This document shows positions 27,614 to 41,927 of a stretch of DNA of 64,000 nt, in pieces. The stretch comes from Eledone cirrhosa (Eukaryota). Under the pieces are notes generated by a model that saw only the letters and a program-made list of their open reading frames with translations, was not told where the DNA came from and made no database searches. The translations under genes and the position numbers were made by a program. Where the stretch lies: assembly GCA_964016885.1 (NCBI GenBank), contig OZ024740.1, positions 345,712,001-345,776,000 of the forward strand, read 5' to 3'. Position 1 is the first letter of the stretch. Every line of letters starts with the position of its first letter.

Positions 27614-30550
27614 CACACACATCTTTTTCCTACATACATGGGAAAAAGAACAAAAAGAATAAACATCAGCAATATACCACCCAACATTAACATCTGGTGG
27701 ATTATGGCAGGGTTCTTGGAGGAAGATGAAGACACAATACTGTCGATTCAAAAATCCACAACAAACAGCTGGAACGGCACAAGCTTGGAAATGTTGGTCC
27801 AAATGAAACCGGACAGAATTTCCAAGATACGAGAAAGAGTGCCAGTAGACAATACCAATTACATCCACATTTCGGCAGATGGAGGGAGGCCACATTGTTT
27901 TAAATACGCGAGCACATCGCATTTAAAGGCTTCCTGTCCCCTCTTACGAACAAACACCACTACCCCCTAAAAAGTACTTTTACCAACACCAACTCCAAAA
28001 TCACTATAACAACAACAACACACAAAACAAACAACTGTTCAACCACAAACAACAGAAGAAACACAAACAATTCTCCTGAGAAACACAGTCCCACCCCATC
28101 CCACTCCATCCAACATTACCACAATCACACACACAAACACATCATCAAGACACAGCATGACGATTCATCACCAGACGAGGCTTCTTCTCCACCCCCAAGT
28201 GAAGATGAAGGAGAGCCTCGTAAATAAAAAAAAACAAAAAAAAGTCACCACAAAGCCACAAAAACAACAATCACCAACACAAACACACAACCACCAACAC
28301 AAATAACAACATAAACACCACCACAATCAACAAAACAAACACCAACACCACTCCAAACACAAATGCCCACCATAAAAAAGAAAACTACAAAATGAACAAG
28401 GAACCAAAATAACACAAACAAAAACAACAATACACGTACATTAACACAAACAACAAAAACCTAATGGAGGTCATCTCCCAATAGCCCAAAGTCGAAACTG
28501 AGGGGAAAACCTTTCTAAAAGCAAACTCTCAACCACACCTAAAACAGATAAGGGTTTCGATAGAGACCTATCAGACATTGAAAGAAATGTTTTCACAGGA
28601 CGTTGGCAACCCCTGCCAAAAACCAATAAACCGTGTCCTGTTGAAATGTTTCCCCACCCCACTCAACACCCCCACCAGAACTGAACTGGAGATTGAACAA
28701 CATGATCTCCAGGAAAAGAAAAGTTAAGTGCACCATTTCGTCCTTTTTGCCAACCCTTATCCACCAACATGGCTGACTTACGAGTTGGAAGCGTAAATGT
28801 GCGTGGCCTAGGGATGCCCTGGAAACAGGGCCAACGTTTAAACGACCTTAGGTCACAAGGTATAGAAGTAATAGCCATCACCGAGACCAGGATCCACAAC
28901 AGGCAGCAACTAATCTACATCTTCAATGACTTTGAGATCTACGCACCTCTGTTAGACGGTACCTGGAGGGGGAGTGACTGTCATGTTTCGGAAAAAGCTG
29001 GATCTCGAAGTACATTAAGTACACTTGGACCCGGAGGGTAGACTTCGTAGTCCTAGACGTGAACAGTATTGGAGGTGGAGCCTTCAGACTGGTGGCCGTT
29101 TATGACCCGACCGGGCAATCACAATCACGGCCAGATTTCTTTAAGCGTCTGGAGTCTTTTCTGGGAACGTCTCGCTCCTTGATTTTAGTGGGGGACTGGA
29201 ATGGTATCCTAAATGCACCATGGGACTATGTGGGAGCATGTCCCAGTAGAACGGGGTGCAACAGCCTCAAAAATCTAATCGGCCAATTCCAACTGGCCGA
29301 TAGATATCGACTAGATTTCCCAACTGCACAACAGTGGACGTGGGCAAACCGCAGCGGGATATCTAGATCGTATCTAGATAGGTTTTTTGTAAGAGAAAAG
29401 TACAAGATGTTAAGCTGTCCACAAATGCACATGCCTATTCTGATAACAAACTAGTCATCTGCATAGTCAACCGTGATAGAATACATAGACAAGGACCCGG
29501 ATAGTGGGAGCTGAACAAGTCTTTGCCGGCACGAAAAGCCTACAGTGAACGGATAAGTAGATTAGTTAAGCAAGAGTTGACGGGAGCCATCGTCAACAAC
29601 AGATGATGGTAATCTCTCAAGAGAGCAATTAGAGTAGAATCGATAGGGTTTAGCAGAGAATTATCTTTAGAGAAAAACAAATCAGAAACAGAACTAGTAG
29701 CCAAAGTAGAAGAGGCGCTTAGGAGTGGCAACGCAGCTAGAGTGCTAGCAGCAAGGACGGCACTGGACCAGTTCTTCGACGCGAAACACGAAGGCTTCGT
29801 GGTCAGAAGTAAATCACGTGCTCTAGGAAACGAGGGAGCAAAATCTGTTAGCTGGGCCAGAGTAGCAGAAGCGAAATGTGGCAACAAATCCACGATTCGG
29901 TCTTTGAAAGACAAAAACGGACGCATGCTACTTGATTCCAGGCAGATGTGCACGGCCTTTCAGCGGCACTTTCCGCAACTGTTCGAGCAGTGCACTGAAC
30001 GGGCCAATGGACTTTGGTTCATAACTCGACGGCCTCCCGCGTCTCTCGAGCATGGATGCCGAGTTCTGCGAAAGACCAATCACAGCTACTGAGATACTCG
30101 GGGCCACTGCGGGAAACGCAAATCACGCGGTCTAGATGGTCTACCCTATGAGTTTTACATAGGAATGCCGGACTTGTTCTCTGGCATCCTCGAAGCCGTC
30201 TACTGCAATTGGCAGCAGAACGGGAGAATTCCCAGTTCTGCAGGCAAAGGCGTAGTAACGCTGATCAGGAAAGACGAGAACAAGGGGGACGAAATAAATA
30301 ATGTCAGGCCCATAAGTCTGCTCAACATATAGTTAAAGATTTTGGCCAAGATGCAAGCAACGAGGCTGGCGCTTGTAGTCGAAAACCTGGTAGGGAAATC
30401 GCAAACGTGTGCAATCCCGACCAGGTCCATACACGACAACGTCCACCTCATGCGATACATCATAGAGAGGGTGGGGTGTAAACCCGTCTTCGGTGGGGCT
30501 CTGATCAATTTAGATCAGTCTAAGGCATTTGATAGGGTCGACCATCGAGA
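27613..30550 (+). mobile_element. L1/Tx1-clade non-LTR retrotransposon copy A: truncated ORF1, APE endonuclease and N-terminal RT, frameshifted
   Basis: MADLRVGSVNVRGL (28769), LVGDWNGIL, SYLDRF, GLDGLPYEFY, LINLDQSKAFDRVDH; collinear with copy B. Confidence 0.9.
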
Positions 30551-30811
30551 CTAGCGTTCGTTCTTCGTTTGCAATTGTTGATAGTAGAATCATTTTTATT
30601 TTTTCAAAAGTTTTTCAAAAGTTTTTCAAAAGTTTTTTCCGCCCCTGTGGGGAAAAAACGAGATTACCCACCGGCTGACAATTCAGCTGGGGAGGTTAAT
30701 CTCGAAACAATATATTTTTCAACAAAAAATTTCGGTTTTTTTGCATGCAAAATTAACAAAAAACTTACCAGCGCAGGTCAACACTATCCGAGATAGATAG
30801 ATAGATAGATA

Positions 30812-32424
30812 ATTTTCTAATTTTCTACTTATTTGCCACCAGGGCATAACATATTGGGACAAATACAAAGGAGGGGGGGGGGTTACATACAATAAAACGA
30901 GTACAAAAATATAACAAATAAAATAAAACAATCGAAGTCCTCAATAGGGAGGGGGAGTTTTGGGGTCGCACACACCCCCGAAAAAGTGTGCAATCCTTCT
31001 CATCAAAAGCACAGAGAGAGGGTGCTCCCTTGTTCTTCCATCTTTTTCAGCTACAGGCTGATATGGAGAGAAGGTCCATTCACACGGGCCATTCTCGCCA
31101 GTTTCACCCACCTTTCATAAAACTGGTTGGGGTGGAGCACCTCTCTCTCCATTATGATCCTTCTTCCGAAATGATATCGGAAGAAAAGGACCAGTTGTTG
31201 GCCGGAGAGAAAGGTGTCCGACCTCAGCCCTTTCAAACGCGTCCACCATACAACATCTTTTACCATGGCTATTACTCACAGAAACACCGCCTCTCCTTCA
31301 TTTTTGAAGGGGGGAGGCGGCCTGATCGTTATAATGGACTCGGTGGTCAACCGGATAGGTCCCACCCGTGACAGCAGTCATTTCACATAGCCCTACAGAT
31401 TGGCGACGCCCGGGCAGTGTACCAATGCATGCGCGACGGTTTCCTCGTCGCGCACGCATCTAGGACATATCTTTTTCGAAGGGTCCCTACCCGGGCGCCT
31501 GTGTCTGTAGAGCTTTTCTCGAACGGGCAGAGCCCCACGGTAGCACTGCCAGGCCAGGGACCTCTGGAAGTTGTCCATCGGTCCCGGGCTAAATGTCCTA
31601 CCGAACAGGCTGGCCAGTTCGTCTTACTCCATGCCTAGGGCTTCTCCGAGGGCGTCGTCGCACCTGCTGCTGACCAACCCTCTATAGAATGTCGAGGTGG
31701 AGTCTCCTCTGATAGCTGGGTCCGCCTGCCAGAGAGCCGTGAGCGCCTGAGCACACTCCGTGTGCCAGGCACCCAGTTTTCTCGGTCTTTGCTTGACCCA
31801 GGATTGCAGCTGGGAGGTGCCGTAGCCTTAATGCGTGTTTACGCATCATCAACCACGGTATCCCCAGCCCTCCTTTCGAAGGGTGTTGACAGCAGATGGA
31901 TCTCCTCACCAAAGGAGCCCACTTCTTCCAAAGGAATTGGAAGAGTGCGTGCTCCATTTTGGTGAGCGTTTCCCCTGGGCAAGGCACGACGCTCAGGCGG
32001 TAGTAGATGACGGACGCTATATAAGTGTTCGCCACCTCCGCCCGACCTTTCAGGGATAGTTTGCACTCGGCCCACTTCTGGGTCAGTGAAAACACTCTGT
32101 TCGTTACCTCACCCCAGTTCTTCTCCACCTGGAGGTCTGTTCCGAACCAAACCCCGAGCAGCTTTACCGGGCCCTCCGTCCAGTGTCCGACGACGCTGTC
32201 GCAGGGCATCGGTTTGCCCCTCCACCCACCGAGTTGCAAACGCGGACTTGTGCCGGTTCAGATTCGCCCCTGTAAACCTTTCGTATTCCTCCAGTAAGGT
32301 GCCAATCGCTCCGATTTCCGAGGTACTCGACACCATTATTCTCACGTCATCGGCGTAGGTCGACACCGCTTTCCGCAATCCCGGTTCCAAGGGGGTGCTC
32401 TGCAACAACTCCAACCTCCGCTAA
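30812..32424 (-). mobile_element. Inverted 3' part of the same L1/Tx1 LINE (RT C-terminal half, CCHC knuckle, 3' UTR)
   Basis: STYADD, VKLLGVWFG, KLSLKGRAEVAN, GGLG, CPRCVRDEETVAHALVHCP; ends at (GATA)n 30791-30811. Confidence 0.9.
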
Positions 32425-32425
32425 A

Positions 32426-35400
32426 GCTAGTGGAGAGAGAAAGGCAACAGTTAACGTTTCCAAGCCGTCTGCCTGCATAGACGACACTATGGTTACAAAT
32501 AGTAACAAAATAGCTTTTTCTCGCCAAGAAGGCGAAACAAGTGACTCACAAAATGGACCACACAGCACAGAACGCACAACAAAAACCATAGATAATGAGA
32601 CAATTTCCACTGAAACAGTAACAAAAAAAAAAAAGGAATTTAGAAATCTAGATATCTCCGATGCTAGCAAAATGCTGAGTGAAGTAAAAAAAATGTGTGA
32701 CTTTCGAAGAAAACGGTGGGTTTAAAATAGACTCACTCCCCGAAATCCGCTTTGAAACTCTCAGAAGGACTGTTACTTTCAGAACTCAGAAAATGAAAAT
32801 CACCAATATACCACCAAATATCAATATTTGGTGGATTTTTGCAGGATTTGCAGGATTTTTAGAGGAGGGAGAGGCCGCACTGCTTTCGATGTTCCAGCAC
32901 ATCGCATTTAAAGGACTCCTGTCCTTTACAGACAAAATTTAAAAAAAAGACAATAAAGTACACTTACTAACACCAACACCAAAACCACCACCACCACCAC
33001 AACAACAACACACAAAACAAGCAAACACAAAAACAAACAGCCACTCAACCACAAACAACAGAAAAAACAGACAACTCCCCTGAAGAACACAGTCCCACCC
33101 CATCCCACCCCATCTCGCTCCATCCAACACTACCACAAACACACACAAACACCAATCACCAACACAAACACACAGCTACCGACACAAACAACAACACAAA
33201 CAACACCACAATCATATCTCCCCCTATCAGCAAAACAAACACCAACACCACCAAACACAAACACTCACCATAAAAAAAACGCCCAGATGAATAACAAACA
33301 AAAACAACACAACAAAAACACAAACAACAGTACACATATATCAACACCAATAACAAAAATCTGATGGAGGTCATTTCCAAAGAGCCCAAAGTGGAGACCG
33401 AGGGGAAAACTTTCGTGAAATCAGGATCAGCACCACACCTGAAATTGAAAAGAGTTGGAAACTTATAAAAAACTGAAAAATGAATTTTCGCAGGACGTCG
33501 GAAACCCCTGCCAAAAGCCAATAAATCGCGTCCTATTAAAATATTTCCACACTCCACCCAACACCCTCACCAGCACCCAAATGGAGATTGAACAACCCGA
33601 TCTCCAGGAAAAGAAAAGGTAAGTGCATCTTTTCGTCCTTTTCCGCCAACTCTTCTCCACCAACGTGCCTAACTTACGAGTTAGAAGTGTAAATGTGCGT
33701 GGCCTAGGGATGCCCTGGAAACAGGGCCAACTTTTAAACGACCATAGGTCACACGATATGGATGTGATAGCCATCACCAAGTCCAGGATCCACAACAAGC
33801 AGCAACTAGCCCCCATCTTTAATGATTTTGAGATCTACGCATCTCTCTGTCAGCCAGGAGATGGAGAGGGAATGGCTGTTATGTTTCGGAAACACCTGAA
33901 CCTCGAAATACATCAAATACACTTGGACCCGGAGGGTAGACTGGTGGTCCTAGACGTGAACAGTGTTGATGGTAGAGCCTTCAAACTGGTGGCCGTTTAT
34001 TCCCCGACTGGGACATCGCAGCCAGATTTCTTTAAGCGTCTAGAGTCTTATCTGGGAACGTCTCGCACCTTGCTTTTAGTGGGGGACTGGAATGGTATCC
34101 TAGACGCATGTTGGGACTATGTAGCAACATGTCCCAGTAGAGGAGGGTGCAACAGCCTGAAACATTTAATCGGCCAATTCCAACTGGCCGATAGGTATCG
34201 ACTAGATTTCCCGACTGCACCACAGTGGACGTGAACAAATCGCAGCGGGACATCTAGATCGTATTTAGATAGATTTTTTATTAGAGAGAAAGACAGAAAA
34301 ATGTTAAGCTGTCCACAAATGTACATGTTTGCCTATTCAGACCACAAACTAGTCACATGCATAGTCAACCATGATAGAACGCATAGACATGGACCCGTAT
34401 ACTGGAAGCTGAACATGTCGTTACCAAGGCGTAAAGCCTACAGTAGACGGATATGTAGATTAGTTAAGTAACAGTTGACGGGAACCATTGTCAACAATAG
34501 ATGGCAGTACTCTCTCAAGAGAGCGATTAGAGTAGAGTCGATAGCTTTTAGCAAAGAACTAGCCTTAGAGAAAAGAAAAACAGAAAGAGAACTAGTAGCC
34601 AAGGTAGAGGAGGCGCTTAGGAGTGGCAATGCAGCTAGAGTGCTAGCAACCAGAACGGCACTATACCAGTTCTTCGATGCGAAACACGAAGGCTTCGTGG
34701 TCAGGAGTATATCACGTGCTCTAGGAAACGAGTGAGCAAAAGCTGTTAGCTGGACCCAAGTGGCAGATGCGAAATGTGGCTATAAGTCCACGATTCAGTC
34801 TTTGAAAGACCAAAACGGACGCATGCTACTTGACTCCAGGCAGATGTGCATGGCCTTTCAGCGGCACTTTCCGCAACTGTTCGAGCAAAGCGGTGCGCCG
34901 AACGAGGTAATGGACTTCCGTTCATACTTCGACGTACTGCCGCATCTCTCGAGCGTGGACGCTAAATTCTGCAAAAGATCGATTACAGCCACTGAGATAC
35001 GGGACGTGCGAGGCCGCTGCGGGAAACGCAAATCACCCGGTCTAGATGGTCTACCCTACGAATTTTACATAGGCATGCCGGACGTGCTCTCTGGCGTCCT
35101 CGAAGCCGTCTACTGCAACTGGCAGCAGAACGGGAGAATTCCCAGTTCTGCAGTCATGGGTGTAGTAACGCTGATCAGGAAAGACGAGAACAAGGGGAAG
35201 GAAATAAGCAATTTCAGGTCCATAACTCTCCTAAACTCAGAGTTAAATATTTTGGTCAAGGTGTTAGCAACGAGGCTGGTGCTTGTCGTCGAGAACCTGG
35301 TGGGAAAAGCTCAAACGTGTGTGTGTAATTCCAACCAGGTTCATACACGACAACCTCCACCTCATGTGATACATCATAGAGAGTTTGGGGTGTAAACCCG

Positions 35401-37267
35401 GCTTCAGTAGGGCTCTGATCAATTTAGATCAGTCTAAGGCGTTTGATAGGGTCGACCATCGATAGTTGAAAGCGGTTTTCAAGCTGGCCGGATTCGGACC
35501 CGTCTTCACAGGCTGGATTACAGCCATGCACACCAACATCTGCTCGACCTATCGGAGCCGTTCGCAATCACGCGTTCACGCGTTCCATCCGACAGTTATG
35601 CCCTCTCTCCTCCTTTCTATTGATTCTAGAGCCACTATTGCGGAAGTTGGAGCTTTTGCAGGGCATCCCGTTGGAACCGGGACTGCGGAGAACAGCGTCG
35701 GCTTATGCCGAAAACATGACAGTAATGGTGTCGAAAACCTCGGAAGTCGGGGCGATCGGCAACTTACTGCAGGAATACGAAAGGCTCAATGGAGCAAAAC
35801 TCTACCCGGACAAATCTGTCGCTTTTCAAACCGATGCCGTTCGACAGCGTCGTCAGACTTTGGACGGAAGTACCGGTGAAATTGCTCGGGGTCTGGTTCG
35901 GTCTGGACCTCCAGGTGGAGAAAAACTGGAACGAGGTCACGGCCAAGGTATTTGCGCTCACCCAGAAGTGGGCAGAGTGCAAACTATCCTTGAAAGGTCG
36001 AGCAGAGGTGGCGAACACTTTCATAGCGTCCGTCATATACTACAACTTGACCGTCCTGCCTTGTCCCCGTGAATACCTCACCAACATGGAACGCATGCTC
36101 TTCCAATTCCTTTTGAAGTAGCAGGCTCCACTGGTGAGGAGATCCGTTTGCTGTCAACACCCTTCCAACGGATTGCTGGGCATGCCGTGGCTAATGATGC
36201 GCAAACATGCGCTGAGGCTACGGCATCTTCAGGTATTCCTCACCGACCAACCGGCATGGGCACCGTTTGTGAGACAGGCTTCCCACAACGTGTCTCGCTG
36301 ACGGAGCTGCAGTCCTGGGTCAAGCGAAACCGAAGAAAATGGGCGACTGGCACATTGAATCTGCTCAGGCGCTCACAGTTCTCTGTCAAGCGGGCACAGC
36401 AATTAGTGGTGACACCACTTCGACATTCTATAGATGGATAATACGTTACAAGTGCGACACGTGCTCGGAAAGACTCTGGGCGTCGAAGACGACGAGCTCA
36501 CCAGTCTTATCGGTAGGACTTTCCGCCCGGGACCTATGAACAACTTCCAAAGGTCCCTGGCCTGGCAGTGCTACTGAGGAGCTCTACCAGTACGAGACAA
36601 GATCTACAGACACGGACGCCCCGGCAGGGATCCTTCCAAGAGGACGTGTCCAAGATGCGATAAGGACATTGAAACCGTCCTGCACGCAATTGTACGCTTC
36701 CCGGGCGTAAGCGGCCTGTGGAACTACGCAGAACAACTGCTGTTGAGTATGGGACAAATCCAGTTGACTGCCGAGTCCATAGTGAGGATCAAACCGCCAG
36801 CCTCTTTTAAAAACGAAAGAGAGGCGGTTTTCCTCTGTACAGTGGCTATGGTGAAAGAGGTTATATGATGGACAACATTGAGAGGACTTAGGACAAATGC
36901 CTTTTTCTCTTTAGGTACCACTTTAGAAGGAGAATCAGAGTGAAGAGAGAGGTACTGCACCCCAGTTAATTTACTGAAATGTGCGTGAATGTAACAAAAA
37001 TGGTCCGAGTGATTGGGACTTCTCTGTATATAAATCTGTAGTTTGAAGAAGAGAGCAAAAGGAAGAAAGGACCACTTCCACAACACGCTCCTGAACTTGA
37101 GGGTTGTTCTATCGACGGGGTATTAAACAACCCATTTGTGGCGCCTCTCCCCTATTGGGGATTTCGATTGTTATAATTGTTTTTTTAATATTTTTTACAC
37201 GATCGTATGTAAAATCCCCAGCATGTTTTGTCCCCTTTTATTGTGCGCCATTGTGGCTAATAAAGAA
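32426..37267 (+). mobile_element. L1/Tx1-clade LINE copy B: ORF1 and ORF2 (APE-RT-CCHC) with stops and frameshifts
   Basis: SVNVRGL, LVGDWNGIL, KSPGLDGLPYEFY, KLLGVWFG, CPRCDKDIETVLH. The 3' UTR ends CTAATAAAG followed by (TATC)n. Confidence 0.9.
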
Positions 37268-37529
37268 ATATATCTATCTATCTATCTATCTATCTATCTA
37301 CCTATCCATCCATCTATCTTTCTTTCTTTCTTTCTTTCCTTTTATCGTACTGTTCATTAGACTTACTCTCCCTTCGGACAGACTAATGAAATGAACTTAC
37401 TTTGCCCATTGAATACCTTTTAATTGGATACATTAAACTGTCAAATTATACATTACAGTTGCAGATTCAGCTCTTATAATTTTAGAATGTTCTAGTGGAT
37501 GTGAGTAATTAACAAAAGGACATTATAAA

Positions 37530-37990
37530 ATCTGGCATAGTCTTATAGCAAAAGCCATCCACTGGAAGTTGTGCATAAAATACAACGTAGAAATGTAATC
37601 TTATATGAACATACTCATCTTGAATCCTGCCTATCAAGTGAGGGAGTAGAGTTATTTTGGGACCTTGAGATAAAGACCAAAAACAAGTCCGTCACAACCT
37701 CTCTGATATTGTTATAAAAACATACAAACCCACGAAAATCGACACTAATTTATATTGCGATCTGTCAAAACCATAATGTTGCTAAAAATGGAATGGAGAA
37801 GATAAATAAGTATGTAGACCCTGTAGGCACTATTCGATCTGATTAACCTGTAGATACATAAATCGTGCGAATCATCATTGGGGCGCTAGGACGATCCCTA
37901 AACGTCTCATGTCTTTCATTAAAAGCCTTGGAATCTCCGGTCGCATAGGCAATACCTAAAGCTTTACTCTGATTAGCACTGCCTCAAACG
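37530..37990 (+). pseudogene. Degenerate C-terminus of a restriction-like-endonuclease LINE (R4/Dong-like)
   Basis: AKAIHWKLC, LFWDLEIKT, SDIVIK, EKINKY, IIIGALG across frameshifts. Confidence 0.6.
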
Positions 37991-37995
37991 TATGC

Positions 37996-38195
37996 NNNNN
38001 NNNNNNNNNNNNNNNNNNNNNNNNNNNNNNNNNNNNNNNNNNNNNNNNNNNNNNNNNNNNNNNNNNNNNNNNNNNNNNNNNNNNNNNNNNNNNNNNNNNN
38101 NNNNNNNNNNNNNNNNNNNNNNNNNNNNNNNNNNNNNNNNNNNNNNNNNNNNNNNNNNNNNNNNNNNNNNNNNNNNNNNNNNNNNNNNNNNNNNN
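37996..38195. other. Assembly gap (200 N)
   Basis: Run of n characters. Confidence 1.
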
Positions 38196-39010
38196 TTTTT
38201 CTTCTAGCTTCAAGGACTTTGCGGAGGACTCTTGCAGTTCCGAGCGGTGATGATTTTGTAAGTGTTCTATCTTTATATTTGGTCCAATCTTTTCGAGCCA
38301 TGTTTGTATTTGGATACGTTATAAGTGCACCATCCTACAGCATGCGTATTTCCCACTTCACATAGTTGTACACTTTTTCTTCTTTCTCTTCTATCCAGTT
38401 GTCACTAGGACATGCGATGTCAATTAACAGACATGCTTTTTCTTTCCCGCACACTACAACAATGTCAGATTTTCGATGTGTAAATTGATGATCCCACTGA
38501 ATCATTGCATCCCACAGGATTTTGCAGTCCTCATCCTTAAAATAATATTTCTGGCGTTTGGTCGTACCCTGTCTTTCATCTGTCCACAATGAATTATTCT
38601 TTCCATATTCTCATATCACCTTTTGTATTAAGGTTGTGACAGCTTCAATATACCACACTTTACACCCTCACTTGCTTCATCAATTTTGCAATTCACATAG
38701 TTTGTCCGCATTGTAGGCTTCTGTGCTGTGAATATACGTATATCTGTCTTAGTGTTCGCATCCCTTACAAACTGTCCATATATTTTCCTCTTTCCTTGCC
38801 CTTTCATTTTCTGTGATTTTTTCTCGTTAAATTTTTCTTTCTGAACCTAATTGTCAGTTTCGATAATGCCAGACATTTTTACAAGCGTCAACAATGGTTT
38901 CACAATATCTTTTTACATACCGCCATAAACTCACTTCCGCTGATTCAAAACAATACTGACAATTGATCAAACCTCAGTCTCCCATTTTTCTGGCTAAGTA
39001 CAACCGAGCA
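38196..39010 (-). pseudogene. Degenerate R4/Dong-like LINE 3' region (REL endonuclease)
   Basis: KILWDAMIQWDHQFTHRKSDIVVV...CLLIDIACPSD and LGTARVLRKVL. Confidence 0.7.
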
Positions 39011-40262
39011 GATCCAAAGTCACATACACGCTTTATCTTTAATTATCTAAATTTGTTCTTTTTTCCAGATATATAAAAAAAATGAACTGATGTGAAAATG
39101 GTTGCCCCGCTGTGTCCAATAAATTCCATTCGTCGCAACACTGATTCTACAGAGAGAGACGGTGAGGAGAGACACGTGTATCGATATATGGATTTTATAA
39201 TGTGTAATATCATAAATATGTTAAATAGCACTACAATATCATCTAAGATACTCTTGTGGAAAAGAAACAAATTGTTTAAGTTATTTTTATTAAAGTTATT
39301 ATCCACTTCAAGACCATCTTCATTATCACTGCCGTCACAGCCGTCTCGAACTCTATCACCACCGCCCCTACAGCCACCACACTGACATTCCCCCTCCTCC
39401 TTCTTCTCTTCCTCCTCCTCAATCTCTCTGTATCCATACCACCTCTAACATCACATCTTCCATAAACTTCATCTCCATAATTTGTGCTCACAATTCTTTC
39501 TAAATATTTAGCACTGAGTAACCTTTATTCGTTATATAAAAACAAAATTCATGTATTTACCTCAGTTGCAGGAGCAATTCCACCACCATCATTACCACTA
39601 ACACGATCGTCATCATTAGCATCAACATCAAACACACGAAATAATATGGATTTACAATTGCAACAACCACAACAACAGCAATAACAACAATAATGATGGC
39701 ACACTTATCAGATATGACATCACAGAAAACATCAACATAATTATAATTATCAACAAAATTACCATCATGCTTTATTATCATCACCATTGTTATTATCTTA
39801 ACCATCGTCATCCTTCACATCTTCCACGTCACCCTGGTCGCCTTCACCTTCAAATACTTCGTTATCAATTTGAATAGCGTGATCATCATCATCCGTTTAA
39901 TTATCATTATGAATGGTAACATCGGCAGCAGTAGAATCTTCATAATTTTCCTCTCTCGCATTTTCCTCCTCATTCTTATCATTCCCGAGATTCTTATCAT
40001 CCATAATAATATCATCAGATATCGCCGGCATTAATTACAAATATTATCACAATATGTTGGTACTATTGTATTCGGTAGTGTCTTTTCTTCTTGGTTTTAC
40101 ATATAGTTTATGTTATTGTGTTACATATTGTTTGTTGTTATTAATGTAATTTGTCGCTTTTTCGTTGTGGTAATGGCATTCGTAGTGTGATTAATGGTGT
40201 TGTTACGTAAAAAATTATTTCTTTTCCGCAGTTATTCCAAACATTGTAGCCTGCTGTGTGTG

Positions 40263-40352
<90 letters not shown>

Positions 40353-40410
40353 TATATATATACATATATATATATATAAATATAGGTATATAAATATAGG
40401 TATATATATA

Positions 40411-40460
<50 letters not shown>

Positions 40461-40835
40461 CATACATATATTACACGAAAGACGTGATCTTAGATATATA
40501 TTTTTTCTTGCAATATCAATGTTATGCATGTAGGTTTTTCAGTGCACATGTGTGTGATGTGATGTTCGTGTCGTTCAATTTATCTTACACCACTATGATG
40601 TAGTTATATAGTTTATATAATAGCTAGGTTTTAATCGATGTATTTTGGTGCAAAATATGAGATAATCAAAACTTTAGGCATGGTTTATGAAATGATGAGT
40701 ATATACAATTATATATATATATATATATATATATGAACGGAAAAAATGAAACGAAATTTCATTTCTCACTCTTATTACGGCTGTTACTTAAATATAAGTA
40801 TGTATACGTACATAAATATATGTATACAGACGTTA

Positions 40836-40924
<89 letters not shown>

Positions 40925-41042
40925 CATGGACACACATATATATGTACATATATATGTACATATATATGTGTGTGCATGTATGTATGCATATATATACATG
41001 CTAACGTCTGTATACATATATGTATGTACACGTATACATACT

Positions 41043-41073
<31 letters not shown>

Positions 41074-41164
41074 CCAGTTATAGAAACTCGCACAGGTCCA
41101 CACACATGCAAACAGACACATACACACCCATATATAAATATATTTATATATTTATATATATATA

Positions 41165-41226
41165 TTTAGTCCAGAATTAGCCGTCGAAACGGCTTGAGCT
41201 CAGCCGTCGGGGTGCTACTTGTTCCT
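41165..41226. mobile_element. Family A single arm (palindrome centre to GTTCC end)
   Basis: Matches the right arm of 12745-12942. Confidence 0.8.
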
Positions 41227-41240
41227 ATATATATATATAT

Positions 41241-41580
41241 AGGTAAAAGGAAAAAGAAAATGACGACACATTTTTCCCACTGAAAAATAGTTTAATTAGG
41301 ATTAAGTATAAATTAGTAATAAGTATTAGTTAGTATTCAGTTTTAGTTTTACATTTTTACCGGTTGCGCATTTCTTATGCCATTCAAAATATTTTGAGAT
41401 AATGCTCGTGATTTTTGCCCTAATCTGATCAGTTTTTGAAATTCTTCTTGTTTTATGTGAAAAAAGTGGCTTGAGAGGTATTAAGATTTGGTTGGTTGTT
41501 GAATGACACGTGAATAAGCAATATAAATTTCGCCAATTGATTTTAGCGCGAACTGGTTTCGATAAAAATATCAGGTCCAT
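41241..41580 (+). repeat. Dispersed repeat family C, diverged copy
   Basis: GGTAAAAGGAAAAAGAAAATG...GAAAAATAGTTTAATTAGG...TACCGGTTGCGCATTTCT, as at 2452 and 14192. Confidence 0.7.
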
Positions 41581-41927
41581 TCATGTTGCACTCTCAAATA
41601 ATTTATTTGCAAGTCCTAACGTCTGATACGCAATATATAAGAAACATCTGATTGTGCCTCGTAAGTTTTCTTCTGTTGAATAACATTTTGCTCTGTGAAA
41701 TATATTTCAGATGGCGAAACAGAAAATTCATTGTGCATATTTCTGTGTAAGTGCATATGAATAGGTTTGTAGGAAGGAGATAAAGGATGAATGAGTGGGA
41801 TAAATACATTTCATCTCCATCCAAAACTTGGTAGGCCTTAGGCCTGTCTGTTAAGAAGTTTCTCCAGAACGAGGCATTCTGCTTGCGACCTTTGGCGGCC
41901 TGTTGCGCATATACGGCATATAATATA

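Noticed and set aside
37530-39010. Converging R4-like remnants on both sides of the gap as one inverted structure
   Set aside because: The two sequences are dissimilar and their adjacency depends on scaffolding across the N gap.
39300-40030. Low-complexity ORFs (poly-Q, Pro/Ser-rich) suggesting a host exon
   Set aside because: Decayed trinucleotide-like repeats with frequent stops and no recognisable domain.
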